The position numbers and the translations under genes are program-made. A DNA stretch of 47,254 bases from a virus (lineage: Duplodnaviria > Caudoviricetes): positions 1 to 47,254 of IMG/VR virus record IMGVR_UViG_3300044475_000066; one strand, written 5' to 3'. A model generated the notes under the pieces. That model searched no databases and had not been told where the DNA came from. It was given only the letters and a program-made list of their open reading frames with translations. Below are positions 28,372 through 37,449 of this stretch, piece by piece (within the stretch, counting starts at the first letter, position 1; each line of letters begins with the position of its first letter).

Positions 28372-29180
28372 ACGGCGATCTCAAGTTTTACGAACGGCTG
28401 CGGTTGGTAGCCAACGATCTCGAAGTCGCTGGGTTTGTAACCGTCGATATCGGTGTTGTCGGTGAGGATCACCAGTTGTGGGTTGTCCTCGAAGTAATCG
28501 CGTTTGAGGACTTCTTCCATGGCACCTACGTGGTTCAGATAGACGTGTGCGTCCCCATAGGCGAAGTGCAAGTAGCGCGGCTTCAGTCCTGCGGCTCGGG
28601 CGTACAGGTGAAGCAGCATGGCGTACTGCGCAATATTGAACGGTGCGCCCAGCGCGAGGTCCCACGACCGCTGATGCACTTGCATGTCGAGCCAGCCACC
28701 ACCCGAGACATAGCACTGGTGAGCCCAATGGCAAGGCGGCAAGCCCATGTCGTCCAAGTCGGCCACGTTCCATGCAGTGACAATGTGGCGACGGCTGTGC
28801 GGATTGTCTCTCAAGCCCCTGAGCAGGGCGCGTACTTGGTCGAACCCATCGTATGCACCTAGCTCTCCCTTCCGAGGCCAGTAACGCCACTGCACGCCAT
28901 AGATCGGTCCGAGTTCTCCGCGTTCGTTGGCCCACTCGTCCCACAGCTTGCTACCGTGCTCATGCAGCCAATGTGTGTTGCCCTCACCGCGCAAGAACCA
29001 CAGCATTTCGAGGAACGCCACCTTCCAGCGGGTCTCCTTGGCCTGCACCAACGGGAAACGCTCGCGCAGGTCGAACTTGAGTGAACCGCCGAATACCGTC
29101 AGTGTCCCGACTCCGGTACGGTCACGGCGCAACTCGCCCGTAGCTATCACGCGGCTTACTAGGTCTTTCCAATCTTTCAT
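28368..29180 (-). CDS. thyA: Thymidylate synthase
   Basis: DRTGVGT, LGPIYGVQWR, SRRHIVTAWN, LPPCH, QRSWD..LGAPFN, DAHVYLNH; start trimmed to MKDWKD. Confidence 0.95.
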   Translation of the reverse strand: MKDWKDLVSRVIATGELRRDRTGVGTLTVFGGSLKFDLRERFPLVQAKETRWKVAFLEMLWFLRGEGNTHWLHEHGSKLWDEWANERGELGPIYGVQWRYWPRKGELGAYDGFDQVRALLRGLRDNPHSRRHIVTAWNVADLDDMGLPPCHWAHQCYVSGGGWLDMQVHQRSWDLALGAPFNIAQYAMLLHLYARAAGLKPRYLHFAYGDAHVYLNHVGAMEEVLKRDYFEDNPQLVILTDNTDIDGYKPSDFEIVGYQPQPFVKLEIAV

Positions 29181-29194
29181 TTTGGGTACTGCTT

Positions 29195-29335
29195 TCAGAA
29201 AAGTGCTTCGGGGAGTTCTTCGGTTGTTGTCTGGGGCGTGGGTGCCGGGGCTGTGAAAGCCACAGGCCGCAGTTGGCCGTTCACGGCGATCTTTGGGAAC
29301 GGCCAGGGGTGGGGGAGTTGGATGGGGGTTGTCAT
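29195..29335 (-). CDS. 46-aa hypothetical protein
   Basis: Own translation MTTPIQLPHPWPFPK...EELPEALF; coupled to upstream stop. Confidence 0.55.
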   Translation of the reverse strand: MTTPIQLPHPWPFPKIAVNGQLRPVAFTAPAPTPQTTTEELPEALF

Positions 29336-29559
29336 TCGGGCACCCATCCGTAGCAGCGGTCTTCGACAAAAGCACGTTGCTGCTCCGGTGTCAGTTGCAT
29401 CGCCAGAGATGCGACCAAGGATGTCAGCGTCTCGACTTTGCGCCGCAGTTCGGCCAAATCACGGTCGTGGTAGTCGGGTGCGGAATCGACGACGTTCTCG
29501 ACCACCCAATCGACGCGAACGCCTTTGTTCTTGCCGTCAGAGAAGGTTGGGGTTGTCAT
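29332..29559 (-). CDS. Hypothetical protein
   Basis: Coupled ORF in operon. Confidence 0.6.
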   Translation of the reverse strand: MTTPTFSDGKNKGVRVDWVVENVVDSAPDYHDRDLAELRRKVETLTSLVASLAMQLTPEQQRAFVEDRCYGWVPE

Positions 29560-29735
29560 TTCGAGCCCCCAAAGAACAGCGCACCAGGCTTGAGCTTGGT
29601 GACGGAACCGTCTGCATTCGTCAGTTGGAAGTCCGTCACGACGCCGATGAACCCCGGCCTTCCGTCGTTCGATTTGTGCAGCTTGGCGACGAGCTTGTTG
29701 TGCGCGGTGCGCGCTTTTCCGTATCGCTTGGGCAT
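29556..29735 (-). CDS. Hypothetical protein
   Basis: Coupled ORF in operon. Confidence 0.5.
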   Translation of the reverse strand: MPKRYGKARTAHNKLVAKLHKSNDGRPGFIGVVTDFQLTNADGSVTKLKPGALFFGGSK

Positions 29736-29739
29736 CACT

Positions 29740-30219
29740 TCACCCCGTAATCAGCTTCAGGAGTTCAGCGGCCCCAACGCGGCGGGCAGCCATCGTCCCG
29801 GCTCCGCCGAACTTCTTCACCCAGATTTCCTCGACGTTGAAGCCGTCAGGGCCGGACCGGTACAGCAGGTCGTCTTCCTGCTTCCAGCCGTGAGCCGGGA
29901 GTTGCCTATCGTCTGGTGCACGACGGTACTCTTGATCGGCAAACCAGCAAGGGATCGTGTCGATCCACTCACCATCGGGAACTCCGCGTGTTTGCCAACG
30001 CTGGCCGGGTAGGTAGGTCTTGCGGAGTTCGGCATGTGGGTCTTTGTCGGCGTCGGTGTAGAGGTCGTGCTTCGTCTCGGATGTGCGAATCAGATCGGTG
30101 AGCTTGGCGATTGCGTCGCTCACCCGCTGATCGAACGAGTCCCATGCAGACGGGTTGTCAATGAAGTATTCGGCTTCCGCGAGCGCGTTGGTCAATTCTT
30201 CGGGCGTTGGCATCTTCAT
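29740..30219 (-). CDS. Hypothetical protein
   Basis: First gene after promoter; RBS AAAGGA. Confidence 0.65.
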   Translation of the reverse strand: MKMPTPEELTNALAEAEYFIDNPSAWDSFDQRVSDAIAKLTDLIRTSETKHDLYTDADKDPHAELRKTYLPGQRWQTRGVPDGEWIDTIPCWFADQEYRRAPDDRQLPAHGWKQEDDLLYRSGPDGFNVEEIWVKKFGGAGTMAARRVGAAELLKLITG

Positions 30220-30255
30220 TCCTTTCGTTGTCAAACGCGATATTTACGTTTATGT

Positions 30256-30284
30256 ATTGTAGCGAACGTTTAGCAAATGCACAA
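30256..30284 (-). promoter_or_regulatory. Leftward promoter with operator
   Basis: TTGTGC-17bp-TACAAT on minus strand; 19 bp identical to 43800-43818. Confidence 0.6.
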
Positions 30285-30294
30285 CGAAATTCGA

Positions 30295-30459
30295 GTTGGA
30301 CACCCAAAAGAAAAAGGCCCTGAAAAATCAGGGCCTTGGGTGGGGTTTCGGCGGCTACTGGTTCAGTAGGTCAACCATCGAAAAAGTGCTTCAAAATCAA
30401 TAGCATTCACCGCAGACTGTCCAAGGCTTTCAGCCACTCTTAGACACCTTGTTGGACAG
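30295..30459. other. Probable attP region
   Basis: Non-coding gap at the 3' end of int with repeated TTRGACA arm-type sites (30295, 30417 inverted, 30440, 30451). Confidence 0.6.
30306..30337 (-). terminator. Intrinsic terminator downstream of int
   Basis: AAGGCCCTGA-4nt-TCAGGGCCTT perfect stem followed on minus strand by TTTCTTTT. Confidence 0.75.
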
Positions 30460-31416
30460 TGAGGGCGGCGTCACCTCGACGCCCAGCTTGTCGCGGATGT
30501 ACCGCTTCGTCATCGCCGCACTGCTGTGCCCGGCCAGGCCCTGTGCGTCGCCGCCCTGGCGGTGGGTGTTGGTCACGGCCACAGCCCGCAGGTCGTGCAG
30601 GTTCGCGTCGGACACACCGGACGCCGCGACCGCTTTGCGCCACTGCTTGAGGATCGTCATGTAGCCGGGAGGTTTGCCGTGCTTGCCGAAGAACACTGTC
30701 AGGTGCTTGACGGGGCCGTGCAGCGCGAGCGCGGTGTCCACGGCTGCGCGCAGGTCGGGTGTCCAGCGCAGGGTCACACGGGTTCCGGTTTTGCGCTGCA
30801 CAAAGACCACCCCTTCTTCGGTCAGATCAGAGCGCCGCAGCTTCAGCACGTCGCTGACACGCTGCCCGGTGATGCGCAGGAGGCCCACCAGGGCCTTCAA
30901 ACGGGCCGGGCAATGGGCGAGTACCTTCTCGATCTCCGCGTCGCTCAGAAGCCGCGTGCGCTTCGCCTCGGGGTACGGCTTGATGCCGATAGCAGGGTTC
31001 CACTCGCACAACTGCTGCTCCAGGGCGTAGGTGAACAGCAGGCGCAGCACCGTGAGGAACCGGTTGGCGAGGTTGGGCGTGCCGCGCATCTCGACCTTGA
31101 CCTGTGCGATGTGCTTGGGCTTCACGTCGGCCACGGCGAACTCAGCGAAGATCACCCTCAGCCTTGCGGCCACCTGTCGGTAGCTCTTGACCGTGGCCTT
31201 GGCCTTGCCGTGGCAGATGATGGGTAGAGCCGTGTCGATCAACCCTGTCATGCGCGAGATGTCCAGCTTTCCGCCGTGCACGGCCAGCCGGGAATACTCA
31301 GCGAGCGCCTTATCTTTGTCTCGGCCGAGGTTGTGCCACTTGCCGCCTGGGGCTACATAGAAAAACGCCCCGTGCTTTGCGTAGCAACGGGGCGGCAGGT
31401 CGCGTTTGCGAGCCAT
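30430..31416 (-). CDS. int: Tyrosine integrase
   Basis: TGQRVSD, QRKTG, LHDLRA, AGHSSAAMTKRY catalytic motifs. Confidence 0.95.
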   Translation of the reverse strand: MARKRDLPPRCYAKHGAFFYVAPGGKWHNLGRDKDKALAEYSRLAVHGGKLDISRMTGLIDTALPIICHGKAKATVKSYRQVAARLRVIFAEFAVADVKPKHIAQVKVEMRGTPNLANRFLTVLRLLFTYALEQQLCEWNPAIGIKPYPEAKRTRLLSDAEIEKVLAHCPARLKALVGLLRITGQRVSDVLKLRRSDLTEEGVVFVQRKTGTRVTLRWTPDLRAAVDTALALHGPVKHLTVFFGKHGKPPGYMTILKQWRKAVAASGVSDANLHDLRAVAVTNTHRQGGDAQGLAGHSSAAMTKRYIRDKLGVEVTPPSLSNKVSKSG

Positions 31417-31601
31417 CAGAACCTCAGTCTGGGTTCTCGGGTTTTGGGGGCCGAGGATACTACCATGTCAGCTTCCAGCACGACAGGCGAGCCGTCGCTG
31501 CGCAGCCGGTGGGGGATGCCCATCACCTTGAGTTGCCGGGCCTGCGCGCCGTACCGTTTGCGCTTGGTGAGAGCCTTCAGTTCTTCGGGGGTGAGGATCA
31601 C
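31416..31601 (-). CDS. DUF4224-like putative excisionase
   Basis: LTPEELKALT..R...Q...L..MGIP..R.DG.PVV; directly upstream of int. Confidence 0.75.
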   Translation of the reverse strand: MILTPEELKALTKRKRYGAQARQLKVMGIPHRLRSDGSPVVLEADMVVSSAPKTREPRLRF

Positions 31602-31819
31602 CGGCCAAACCTCAAGCTATTCGCATACGCAATCTCAGCATCGGTATAGCTCTCGCGCAGGCTGGAACCGACTTTGTGCACCCGAGAGTCGGGCGGTTCA
31701 ACACTGCGCGCCTGCCGCTCAAGAACGTCGTAGTGCGCATCCGGCAAAACAGGTTCGTCAAGGACGTAATAGAGGTAGCGGTGCGCCATCACTACGGTTT
31801 CTATTGAGACTTCAGTCAT
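31598..31819 (-). CDS. Stand-alone LigA subdomain Ia-like protein
   Basis: HRYLYYVLDEPVLPDAHYDVLER...KVG matches the N-terminus of NAD+-dependent DNA ligases. Confidence 0.8.
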   Translation of the reverse strand: MTEVSIETVVMAHRYLYYVLDEPVLPDAHYDVLERQARSVEPPDSRVHKVGSSLRESYTDAEIAYANSLRFGR

Positions 31820-32085
31820 CGGATAGCTCCCATCTGCGACTCAGCGAACTGAACCAGCGCGACAGCGGAGTCGGCTTTCGCCATCTGCCAACCGCTCCAG
31901 GCAGCTTCGATCTGTTGCACGCCGTATGTCCCGTCATAGTTCATCCAGAACAGAGCCTCGCGGGAATTCGTATCGCCTTCCTCGGGGCGGCTAAAGCCGT
32001 TCGCTTTTTTGGCTCGGTAATACTGCCAAGTGCGATCTTCAAACGCCTGACGGCTTGGGGATTTTTCAGTAAGTTGTGTCGTCAT
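31816..32085 (-). CDS. Hypothetical protein
   Basis: RQAFE...AAWSGWQMA; coupled. Confidence 0.6.
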   Translation of the reverse strand: MTTQLTEKSPSRQAFEDRTWQYYRAKKANGFSRPEEGDTNSREALFWMNYDGTYGVQQIEAAWSGWQMAKADSAVALVQFAESQMGAIR

Positions 32086-32347
32086 CGCACTCTTTCAAAG
32101 ATACAGATTCAGTATTTGGTGAAAACCAGGGCCGGATGTCTCGGTCTGTCGGTGGGCCACCGAGTTCGGCCCATACCAACAGCGCCTCTGCTTTCATGTT
32201 TGTAAACTTGATAACCACGTCTTGTTGGTAGACCTCCCCGAGATCGGTTTTTCGCTCTACAACCGTTCGGTTCTCTCTCATGTCTTTTCGGCATGCGGCC
32301 CAGATTCGTTCCGCTTGTTCGTGGGTGCACTTGAGTTCTGTTGTCAT
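32066..32347 (-). CDS. Hypothetical protein
   Basis: Start MTTELK coupled to the upstream stop. Confidence 0.55.
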   Translation of the reverse strand: MTTELKCTHEQAERIWAACRKDMRENRTVVERKTDLGEVYQQDVVIKFTNMKAEALLVWAELGGPPTDRDIRPWFSPNTESVSLKECDDDTTY

Positions 32348-32547
32348 CTGCGACCTTTCAATTCTCGTTTCCACTGCGCGCCGTAGACCTTGGTCTGCTG
32401 GCGGCGGTCGTATTTGGTCTTTGCGCGGGCGACGGTCGGGTGCGACAGCAGTTCCTCCGCGAAACGGCTTGTAGCAATCGCCGTCACTTTGGCGCTTACT
32501 TCAAGAACTGACAGTGCAACGGTCAGATTGGATACTGTGCGATTCAC
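32344..32547 (-). CDS. Hypothetical protein
   Basis: Coupled ORF. Confidence 0.55.
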   Translation of the reverse strand: MNRTVSNLTVALSVLEVSAKVTAIATSRFAEELLSHPTVARAKTKYDRRQQTKVYGAQWKRELKGRR

Positions 32548-32900
32548 ACAGCACCCCCTTCCTGCGGAATGGTCGGGTGCATGCCGGTGCGTCGCCGGGC
32601 CTCGCGGATGATCTCGAAGTCGCCGCGCTCGATCAGCATGCCGACCAGGGTGCGATTGAAGTCAGCTTTCAACCATTCGGTCTGAGCCTTCTTCGCCGCG
32701 TGCAGCGACTGGTTGATGCTCTCTGCCTCCAGCCGAAGCTGGGCGCGCTCGACGTTCAGCTTTGCGCGTTCTTCTGTGGGCGTGGCGACGCCATCCACCG
32801 TCCAATCGCGGTAGCGCACGGACTCGATCACGTCGAGTTCGAGCAACCGGTGGCGGATCGCGTCGCGGCGCTCGTAGAGTTTGGTGATGGGTGCTGTCAT
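32544..32900 (-). CDS. Hypothetical protein
   Basis: Coupled ORF, coiled coil. Confidence 0.6.
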   Translation of the reverse strand: MTAPITKLYERRDAIRHRLLELDVIESVRYRDWTVDGVATPTEERAKLNVERAQLRLEAESINQSLHAAKKAQTEWLKADFNRTLVGMLIERGDFEIIREARRRTGMHPTIPQEGGAV

Positions 32901-33241
32901 GAGGGCGCCCCGTCTTCACTTCTGGCGACCATTTCTTCAAATAAAGCCTCAGCGGACTCTGCGACAGCGCCCCGGATCGTGATGACCCGGCTCGCCGAGT
33001 TGATGATCGTGCGGGCCTGCAGCATTTCACCGTCGCGCCACCAGTTGAGCGCGATCGCCAACTGATCGTTCTTCATCACAGGGCCAACGGTTCGCTCCAT
33101 CTCTCGGTCGATCAGCAACTTGCCGAACGCCAAGACGCGATCCTCATGGAGCTTGCGGGACAGTTCGTTGCCGTGATCCTCGTTGAAGATCAGTCCGGCC
33201 TCGCGGGCCGCGTTGCGCATTTCTTCTCGATCCATACTCAA
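32897..33241 (-). CDS. Hypothetical protein
   Basis: Coupled ORF. Confidence 0.6.
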   Translation of the reverse strand: MSMDREEMRNAAREAGLIFNEDHGNELSRKLHEDRVLAFGKLLIDREMERTVGPVMKNDQLAIALNWWRDGEMLQARTIINSASRVITIRGAVAESAEALFEEMVARSEDGAPS

Positions 33242-33441
33242 CTCCTGGCGCGCAGGCGCTGTTCGCGGTCGAATTCATCTCGACACTCGGGGTCGCAGAA
33301 CGGGTGGTCATCCGCGACGATCTCGTCGCAGTAGTGGCAGCGGCCGGTGGGCGCCGGGCCAGTCGGCTTTCGGCTTGTGACGCGAGCTTCAATCAGGTTG
33401 TACTCGTCGTTTTCGCCTGCGATGTCGGCTACGTCAGCCAT
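33238..33441 (-). CDS. TraR/DksA-like C4 zinc-finger protein
   Basis: N-terminal DxxDxA (MADVADIA) plus CxxC...CxxxC. Confidence 0.65.
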   Translation of the reverse strand: MADVADIAGENDEYNLIEARVTSRKPTGPAPTGRCHYCDEIVADDHPFCDPECRDEFDREQRLRARS

Positions 33442-33554
33442 TATTCTTCCCCTTCCGAATCTCTGGACATGGTGGGCAGCGCCATCGTGCCCACACCAAT
33501 GAACGAGCCTGTGAACAGGCCCACCACGAAAATTGCAATGTGGAGTGCGGTCAT
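33441..33554 (-). CDS. 37-aa membrane peptide
   Basis: Own translation MTALHIAIFVVGLFTGSFIGVGTMALP...; fills the gap with coupled ends. Confidence 0.5.
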   Translation of the reverse strand: MTALHIAIFVVGLFTGSFIGVGTMALPTMSRDSEGEE

Positions 33555-33811
33555 AGACGGCCCCTTGCGCCCACCAGGGTCATGACGACTGCATCCGTGA
33601 AACTGACGTGCGACAGGACGAAAGCACCTGCGCCGTCAGTCACTTCGTAGCGGCCCTCGATGTTCAGCGCGATGCTGTAGCCACCCTCGAAGAACGTGTC
33701 GCACATTTCTTCGTGCACCTTGGCTTCAGCTTGGCCCCGCTTTCGGCCAGCCCAGTGCGCAACGTAGAGCGAGATCAGAAAGCCGATGACGGCCGCGATG
33801 TCTGCGGTCAT
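33551..33811 (-). CDS. Hypothetical membrane-anchored protein
   Basis: Start MTADIAAVIGFLISLY. Confidence 0.55.
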   Translation of the reverse strand: MTADIAAVIGFLISLYVAHWAGRKRGQAEAKVHEEMCDTFFEGGYSIALNIEGRYEVTDGAGAFVLSHVSFTDAVVMTLVGARGRL

Positions 33812-34125
33812 TATTTTTCTCCGAAGGTTTTGTCGAAATAAGCGAGTGTGGTGTCGGCCCACTCGCCGGGGGAACGGTCGTTTTTAGTGTTGCCGCAACC
33901 CGCAACCGCAATCGCCACACCGACCCACAGTTCCTTTCGGTAGTCGCGCACGGGCGCGATGGGCTCACCAACAACGAGTTCGCCGGACGTGAAGTCGTTC
34001 GCAGAGATCAGGTTGTTCTGATCCACGAAGTCTTGGGGAGCGGCGCGAAAAGATTCGACGAACGTTCCGTTGTGTTTCAGGTATTTTTCGTAAGCAATTT
34101 TTGCATGCTCAAACGTAACTCGCAT
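33811..34125 (-). CDS. Hypothetical protein
   Basis: Coupled ORF. Confidence 0.6.
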   Translation of the reverse strand: MRVTFEHAKIAYEKYLKHNGTFVESFRAAPQDFVDQNNLISANDFTSGELVVGEPIAPVRDYRKELWVGVAIAVAGCGNTKNDRSPGEWADTTLAYFDKTFGEK

Positions 34126-34126
34126 C

Positions 34127-34882
34127 TCACACCGCCTTTCCGTACTGCAGTTCGAGGATCAACTGGCAGTAGTGCAGCGCCTTCTTCACGTCCTCGGCCC
34201 CGTTCTTGGACTTGTGGCGTGTGACGTACTTGACGACGTTGCCCTGGAAGTAGTCGAGGTTGTTCTTCTGGATGTACTCGACCGGCTGGATGCCGAGGGT
34301 CTTGTAGTGGTTGCCGCCCTCTTGCACGTCGAGGGCCGACTTAGGCAGTTCAGCGCTCGGCGCGTCTTGCACCCAGCACTGACCGTCGAAGTGGTAACCG
34401 AGCGACTGCAACGTTTCCGAGGCCAGCGCGTCGGCGTCAGCGGGTTCTTCGCCTGCGAATTCGACGGCTTGCTGCGCTTCTTCGACCACCTTGTAGGCGA
34501 TGATGTCGCTCGGTAGCCCTGCGTGGTTCCATCGGAGCACCGTTGCGAGGTCGGTGTGCAGTTCAGGCTCGTCGCGCATCCGATACTCGACCAGCTTCCC
34601 GATAGTCTCGGTGGGCTGTTCGCCGCCAGCCCAGGGCTTGAATCCGTCCGCGTACTCGATCAGTTCAACGAGGTCGTTCGGGCCTTCCTCTGACGGAAAG
34701 TCGCCGCGATCAACGTCTCCATCTTCTCGCCCGTTACGACCGCAAGAGCGATGGATGCTACCTTCGACGCAGTAGTTGATTGGGTAGTTGGGATGATCGT
34801 CTTCGCCAATTACTTCAGCGACTCTGCCGCCACGAGTCCGCCACTTCTGACCGACTTCAATTTCAACGCCATTAACTGCCAT
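34127..34882 (-). CDS. DUF3310 domain-containing protein
   Basis: C-terminal GGNHYK..IQPVEYI...GNVVKYVTRHKSKNGAEDVKKALHY. Confidence 0.8.
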   Translation of the reverse strand: MAVNGVEIEVGQKWRTRGGRVAEVIGEDDHPNYPINYCVEGSIHRSCGRNGREDGDVDRGDFPSEEGPNDLVELIEYADGFKPWAGGEQPTETIGKLVEYRMRDEPELHTDLATVLRWNHAGLPSDIIAYKVVEEAQQAVEFAGEEPADADALASETLQSLGYHFDGQCWVQDAPSAELPKSALDVQEGGNHYKTLGIQPVEYIQKNNLDYFQGNVVKYVTRHKSKNGAEDVKKALHYCQLILELQYGKAV

Positions 34883-34914
34883 CTGTTTACTCCTGTGTGT
34901 TTCAGATGGCGTTT

Positions 34915-34943
34915 ATTGTTTCGCAAGTGCGAAACGATGTCAA
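34915..34943 (-). promoter_or_regulatory. Leftward sigma70 promoter with palindromic operator
   Basis: TTGACA-17bp-AACAAT; GTTTCGCA-AG-TGCGAAAC palindrome 34918-34935. Confidence 0.75.
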
Positions 34944-34957
34944 TGGGTCGGTGCGTT

Positions 34958-36397
34958 TTATTTTCGCAACTTCATCGCGGCTTTGAGCGAGTCCTGAACA
35001 GACATCTTGTACTTCAGGCGCGGCAGGACGGAGTGTTCTTCGATGGTGTCGCGGGCCACGATGCGGTAGCGGAACACCGAGCGCTTGTAGCCGCTCTGCG
35101 CCTGCCGCGTGGGGCCGAGGCGTTCGATCACCTGCTCGTCGAATTCGAGGTTGAAGCCGCTGGAGTAGTCAACCAAAATGCGGCCACCGTGCTGCAGGCT
35201 GAGGCCGTGCCCGGCACTGGCCGGGTGGCAAACGAGCATCCGAATTTTCCCGTCGTTCCACTCGTTCAGCGTGCGGGGATTGGCGTCCAGCGCACGGGCT
35301 TTGGGGAACGCCTTGAGGATGCGTTCGAGGTCGGCTTTGTACTGGTAGGCCACCAGCAGGTTCTCACCGTTGGTTTCCTCGACGATGGAGCGCAGGGCTT
35401 CCAGCTTCTCGTCGTGCACCTTCACCCAGGAGCGGGAATCGGTGTCATGGATCAGCGTGCCGCTGGCGATCTGCAGGCACTTCTGCGCCTTGCTGCCAGC
35501 GTTGAAGGCTTCGACTTCGTGGTCTTCCACCTCTGTGAACAGTTCCTTCTCCATCTCCCGGTAGTGACGCCGGGCGGCGGGCGGCAGATCGATCACCACG
35601 TTGCGCTCAATGACTTCTTCGAGGTCGAACCAGTCCTTCGCGTCCACGGTGATGGAAATTTGAGCCATGAGGCGTTCGATCTCCGCTTGACTGTGCGGCA
35701 TCGGTTCGATCTGCGAGTAGCCCTGCGCGCCGGGCACGGCGCGGAACCAACGGTTGCTGAAGGCGGTGAAGCTGTTCCCCAGGCGACGACCACCATCCAC
35801 GAACCAGGTTTGCCCCCATAAATCAGCCAAACCGTTCGGGGCCGGTGAGCCTGTCAAGTTGATCCACCTGCGCACCCTTCGGTGAGCGATAGCCGACAGG
35901 GCCTTGGCCCGGCTGGAGCCCTGGCCGGTGATGAACTCGTCGCCCCAGCTACCGTCCTTGCGCTGTCTGCGTTGAATGCTGATGCGCAAGCCCTTCAGGC
36001 GCGTGGACTCGTCAGCGACCACAACATCGAACGGCCAGTTGTCGCCGTACTGCTCCATCAGCCAGTCGATGTTGTCGTAGTTGATCGTGAGGATCGTCGG
36101 GTTCGAGCGGAGCGCCGCCAGCCGCTCGGCGGGTGTGCCGATGGCTGCAGCGACGGAGATGTGACCGAACGTCTCGGCCCACTTGGTTCGTTCTTCCGGC
36201 CACGCGCTTTGAGCCACGCGCTTGGGGGCCAGAACCAGGGCGCGCTTCATCTCCCCGAACATGAGCAGACTGTCGATCACGCTGTACGTGGCCGAGGTCT
36301 TGCCCATCCCCGGCGAGGCAAAGATGTTGCAGCGCTCGTGTTCCAGCGCGAAGTTGCGGATCAGGGACTGGTAGGGGCGGGGAGTGTAGCGACTCAT
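34958..36397 (-). CDS. SNF2-family helicase
   Basis: SPGMGKT, VVADES, LTGSPAPN, HPASAGHGLSLQ. Confidence 0.92.
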   Translation of the reverse strand: MSRYTPRPYQSLIRNFALEHERCNIFASPGMGKTSATYSVIDSLLMFGEMKRALVLAPKRVAQSAWPEERTKWAETFGHISVAAAIGTPAERLAALRSNPTILTINYDNIDWLMEQYGDNWPFDVVVADESTRLKGLRISIQRRQRKDGSWGDEFITGQGSSRAKALSAIAHRRVRRWINLTGSPAPNGLADLWGQTWFVDGGRRLGNSFTAFSNRWFRAVPGAQGYSQIEPMPHSQAEIERLMAQISITVDAKDWFDLEEVIERNVVIDLPPAARRHYREMEKELFTEVEDHEVEAFNAGSKAQKCLQIASGTLIHDTDSRSWVKVHDEKLEALRSIVEETNGENLLVAYQYKADLERILKAFPKARALDANPRTLNEWNDGKIRMLVCHPASAGHGLSLQHGGRILVDYSSGFNLEFDEQVIERLGPTRQAQSGYKRSVFRYRIVARDTIEEHSVLPRLKYKMSVQDSLKAAMKLRK

Positions 36398-36400
36398 GCG

Positions 36401-36805
36401 TCAGTAGGCTTTGCCGCCTTCAGCGATGCGGTTCTCGGGCTTGTGGTCTGGGCGCACAGCGTTGAACGCCATCTTCTCGGCAATTGCACCTCCGAGGTCG
36501 AGCCCCAGTGCGCCAGCCAAATCACCTATGCGAATAATCGCGTCTGCGAGTTCGACTTCAATCATGGGTCGGTGCGGCAGTTTGTCGTCCTGCAGGTTTT
36601 TTCGTGACCCCTCCATCGCCTCGCTGACTTCGCTGTGAATCAGTGCCAGCTTCTCGGCCACCAGCGCTTTGCCGAAACGAGTCCCTTGCCGGGCTTCCTC
36701 GCGCAAGTCCATGCCGGTCTTTGGGTCATTCCACCAACCTGCGCTGTGGGACGCAGAGTGGCACACGCGGCTGAGCGCATTTCCTGCTTCGATAAGAGTC
36801 GTCAT
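36401..36805 (-). CDS. MazG-like nucleotide pyrophosphohydrolase
   Basis: LALIHSEVSEAMEG...VELADAIIRIGDL...EKMAFNAVR. Confidence 0.8.
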   Translation of the reverse strand: MTTLIEAGNALSRVCHSASHSAGWWNDPKTGMDLREEARQGTRFGKALVAEKLALIHSEVSEAMEGSRKNLQDDKLPHRPMIEVELADAIIRIGDLAGALGLDLGGAIAEKMAFNAVRPDHKPENRIAEGGKAY

Positions 36806-36817
36806 TTTCTTTACCTT

Positions 36818-37108
36818 TCAAACGTCAAAGTAGCGACAATTGCTGTCGAAATAAAAGTCCACTTGCTGCTTGCTGTCGATCACCAGCACCCGGCAACCTA
36901 AGTCGCGCAGTCGCTGGTGTTCTCTTGCTTGGTCGGGCCGAGGTTCTTCGCCTGGGGCCTTGAGTTCCACGAACAGAGTCAGGCCGAACGGCATCGCACA
37001 GAGCCTGTCCGGGACGCCCTTCCTACCTGGGCTCACGAATTTGTAGGGGATGCCGCCTCGCTCTTTCACGCGCTTGACGAGGTGGGTTTCGACTTCGCGT
37101 TCTCTCAT
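36818..37108 (-). CDS. VRR-NUC domain nuclease
   Basis: KFVSPGRKGVPDRL, FVELKAPG. Confidence 0.9.
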   Translation of the reverse strand: MREREVETHLVKRVKERGGIPYKFVSPGRKGVPDRLCAMPFGLTLFVELKAPGEEPRPDQAREHQRLRDLGCRVLVIDSKQQVDFYFDSNCRYFDV

Positions 37109-37449
37109 GCTGCGGCTTTCTTAGTTAAACGCACGGCGAGTTCTGCTGCTGCTTGTTTTGCTGCTTCTCCCAGCGGCCCGCTCTCGTTTCGGAAGTCGAT
37201 GGCGAATAGACGAACGACCCAAGTTGGGCGGTCGCTAAACACGTACCAGCGCCTTAGACCTATGCGCCAGAGCACTACGAGCGAATGGCGACAGATGCTC
37301 AGTACGTGGAGAATCGCGGCTTCCGGCTCAATATCTGTCGAATCAATAGGTTGGCTAATCGGAGATATGCACGCTTCGATATACGCATCGCGCAACCCTT
37401 TGGGCACGCGCAATGCGTCTGCTTCCAGTTCGGCTTCTTCTTTGGTCAT
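37105..37449 (-). CDS. Hypothetical protein
   Basis: Coupled on both sides. Confidence 0.5.
   Translation of the reverse strand: MTKEEAELEADALRVPKGLRDAYIEACISPISQPIDSTDIEPEAAILHVLSICRHSLVVLWRIGLRRWYVFSDRPTWVVRLFAIDFRNESGPLGEAAKQAAAELAVRLTKKAAA

Noticed and set aside
28368-29180. ThyA as a DNA base-modification enzyme
   Set aside because: Retains the PFN asparagine typical of dUMP-specific synthases; no modification genes nearby
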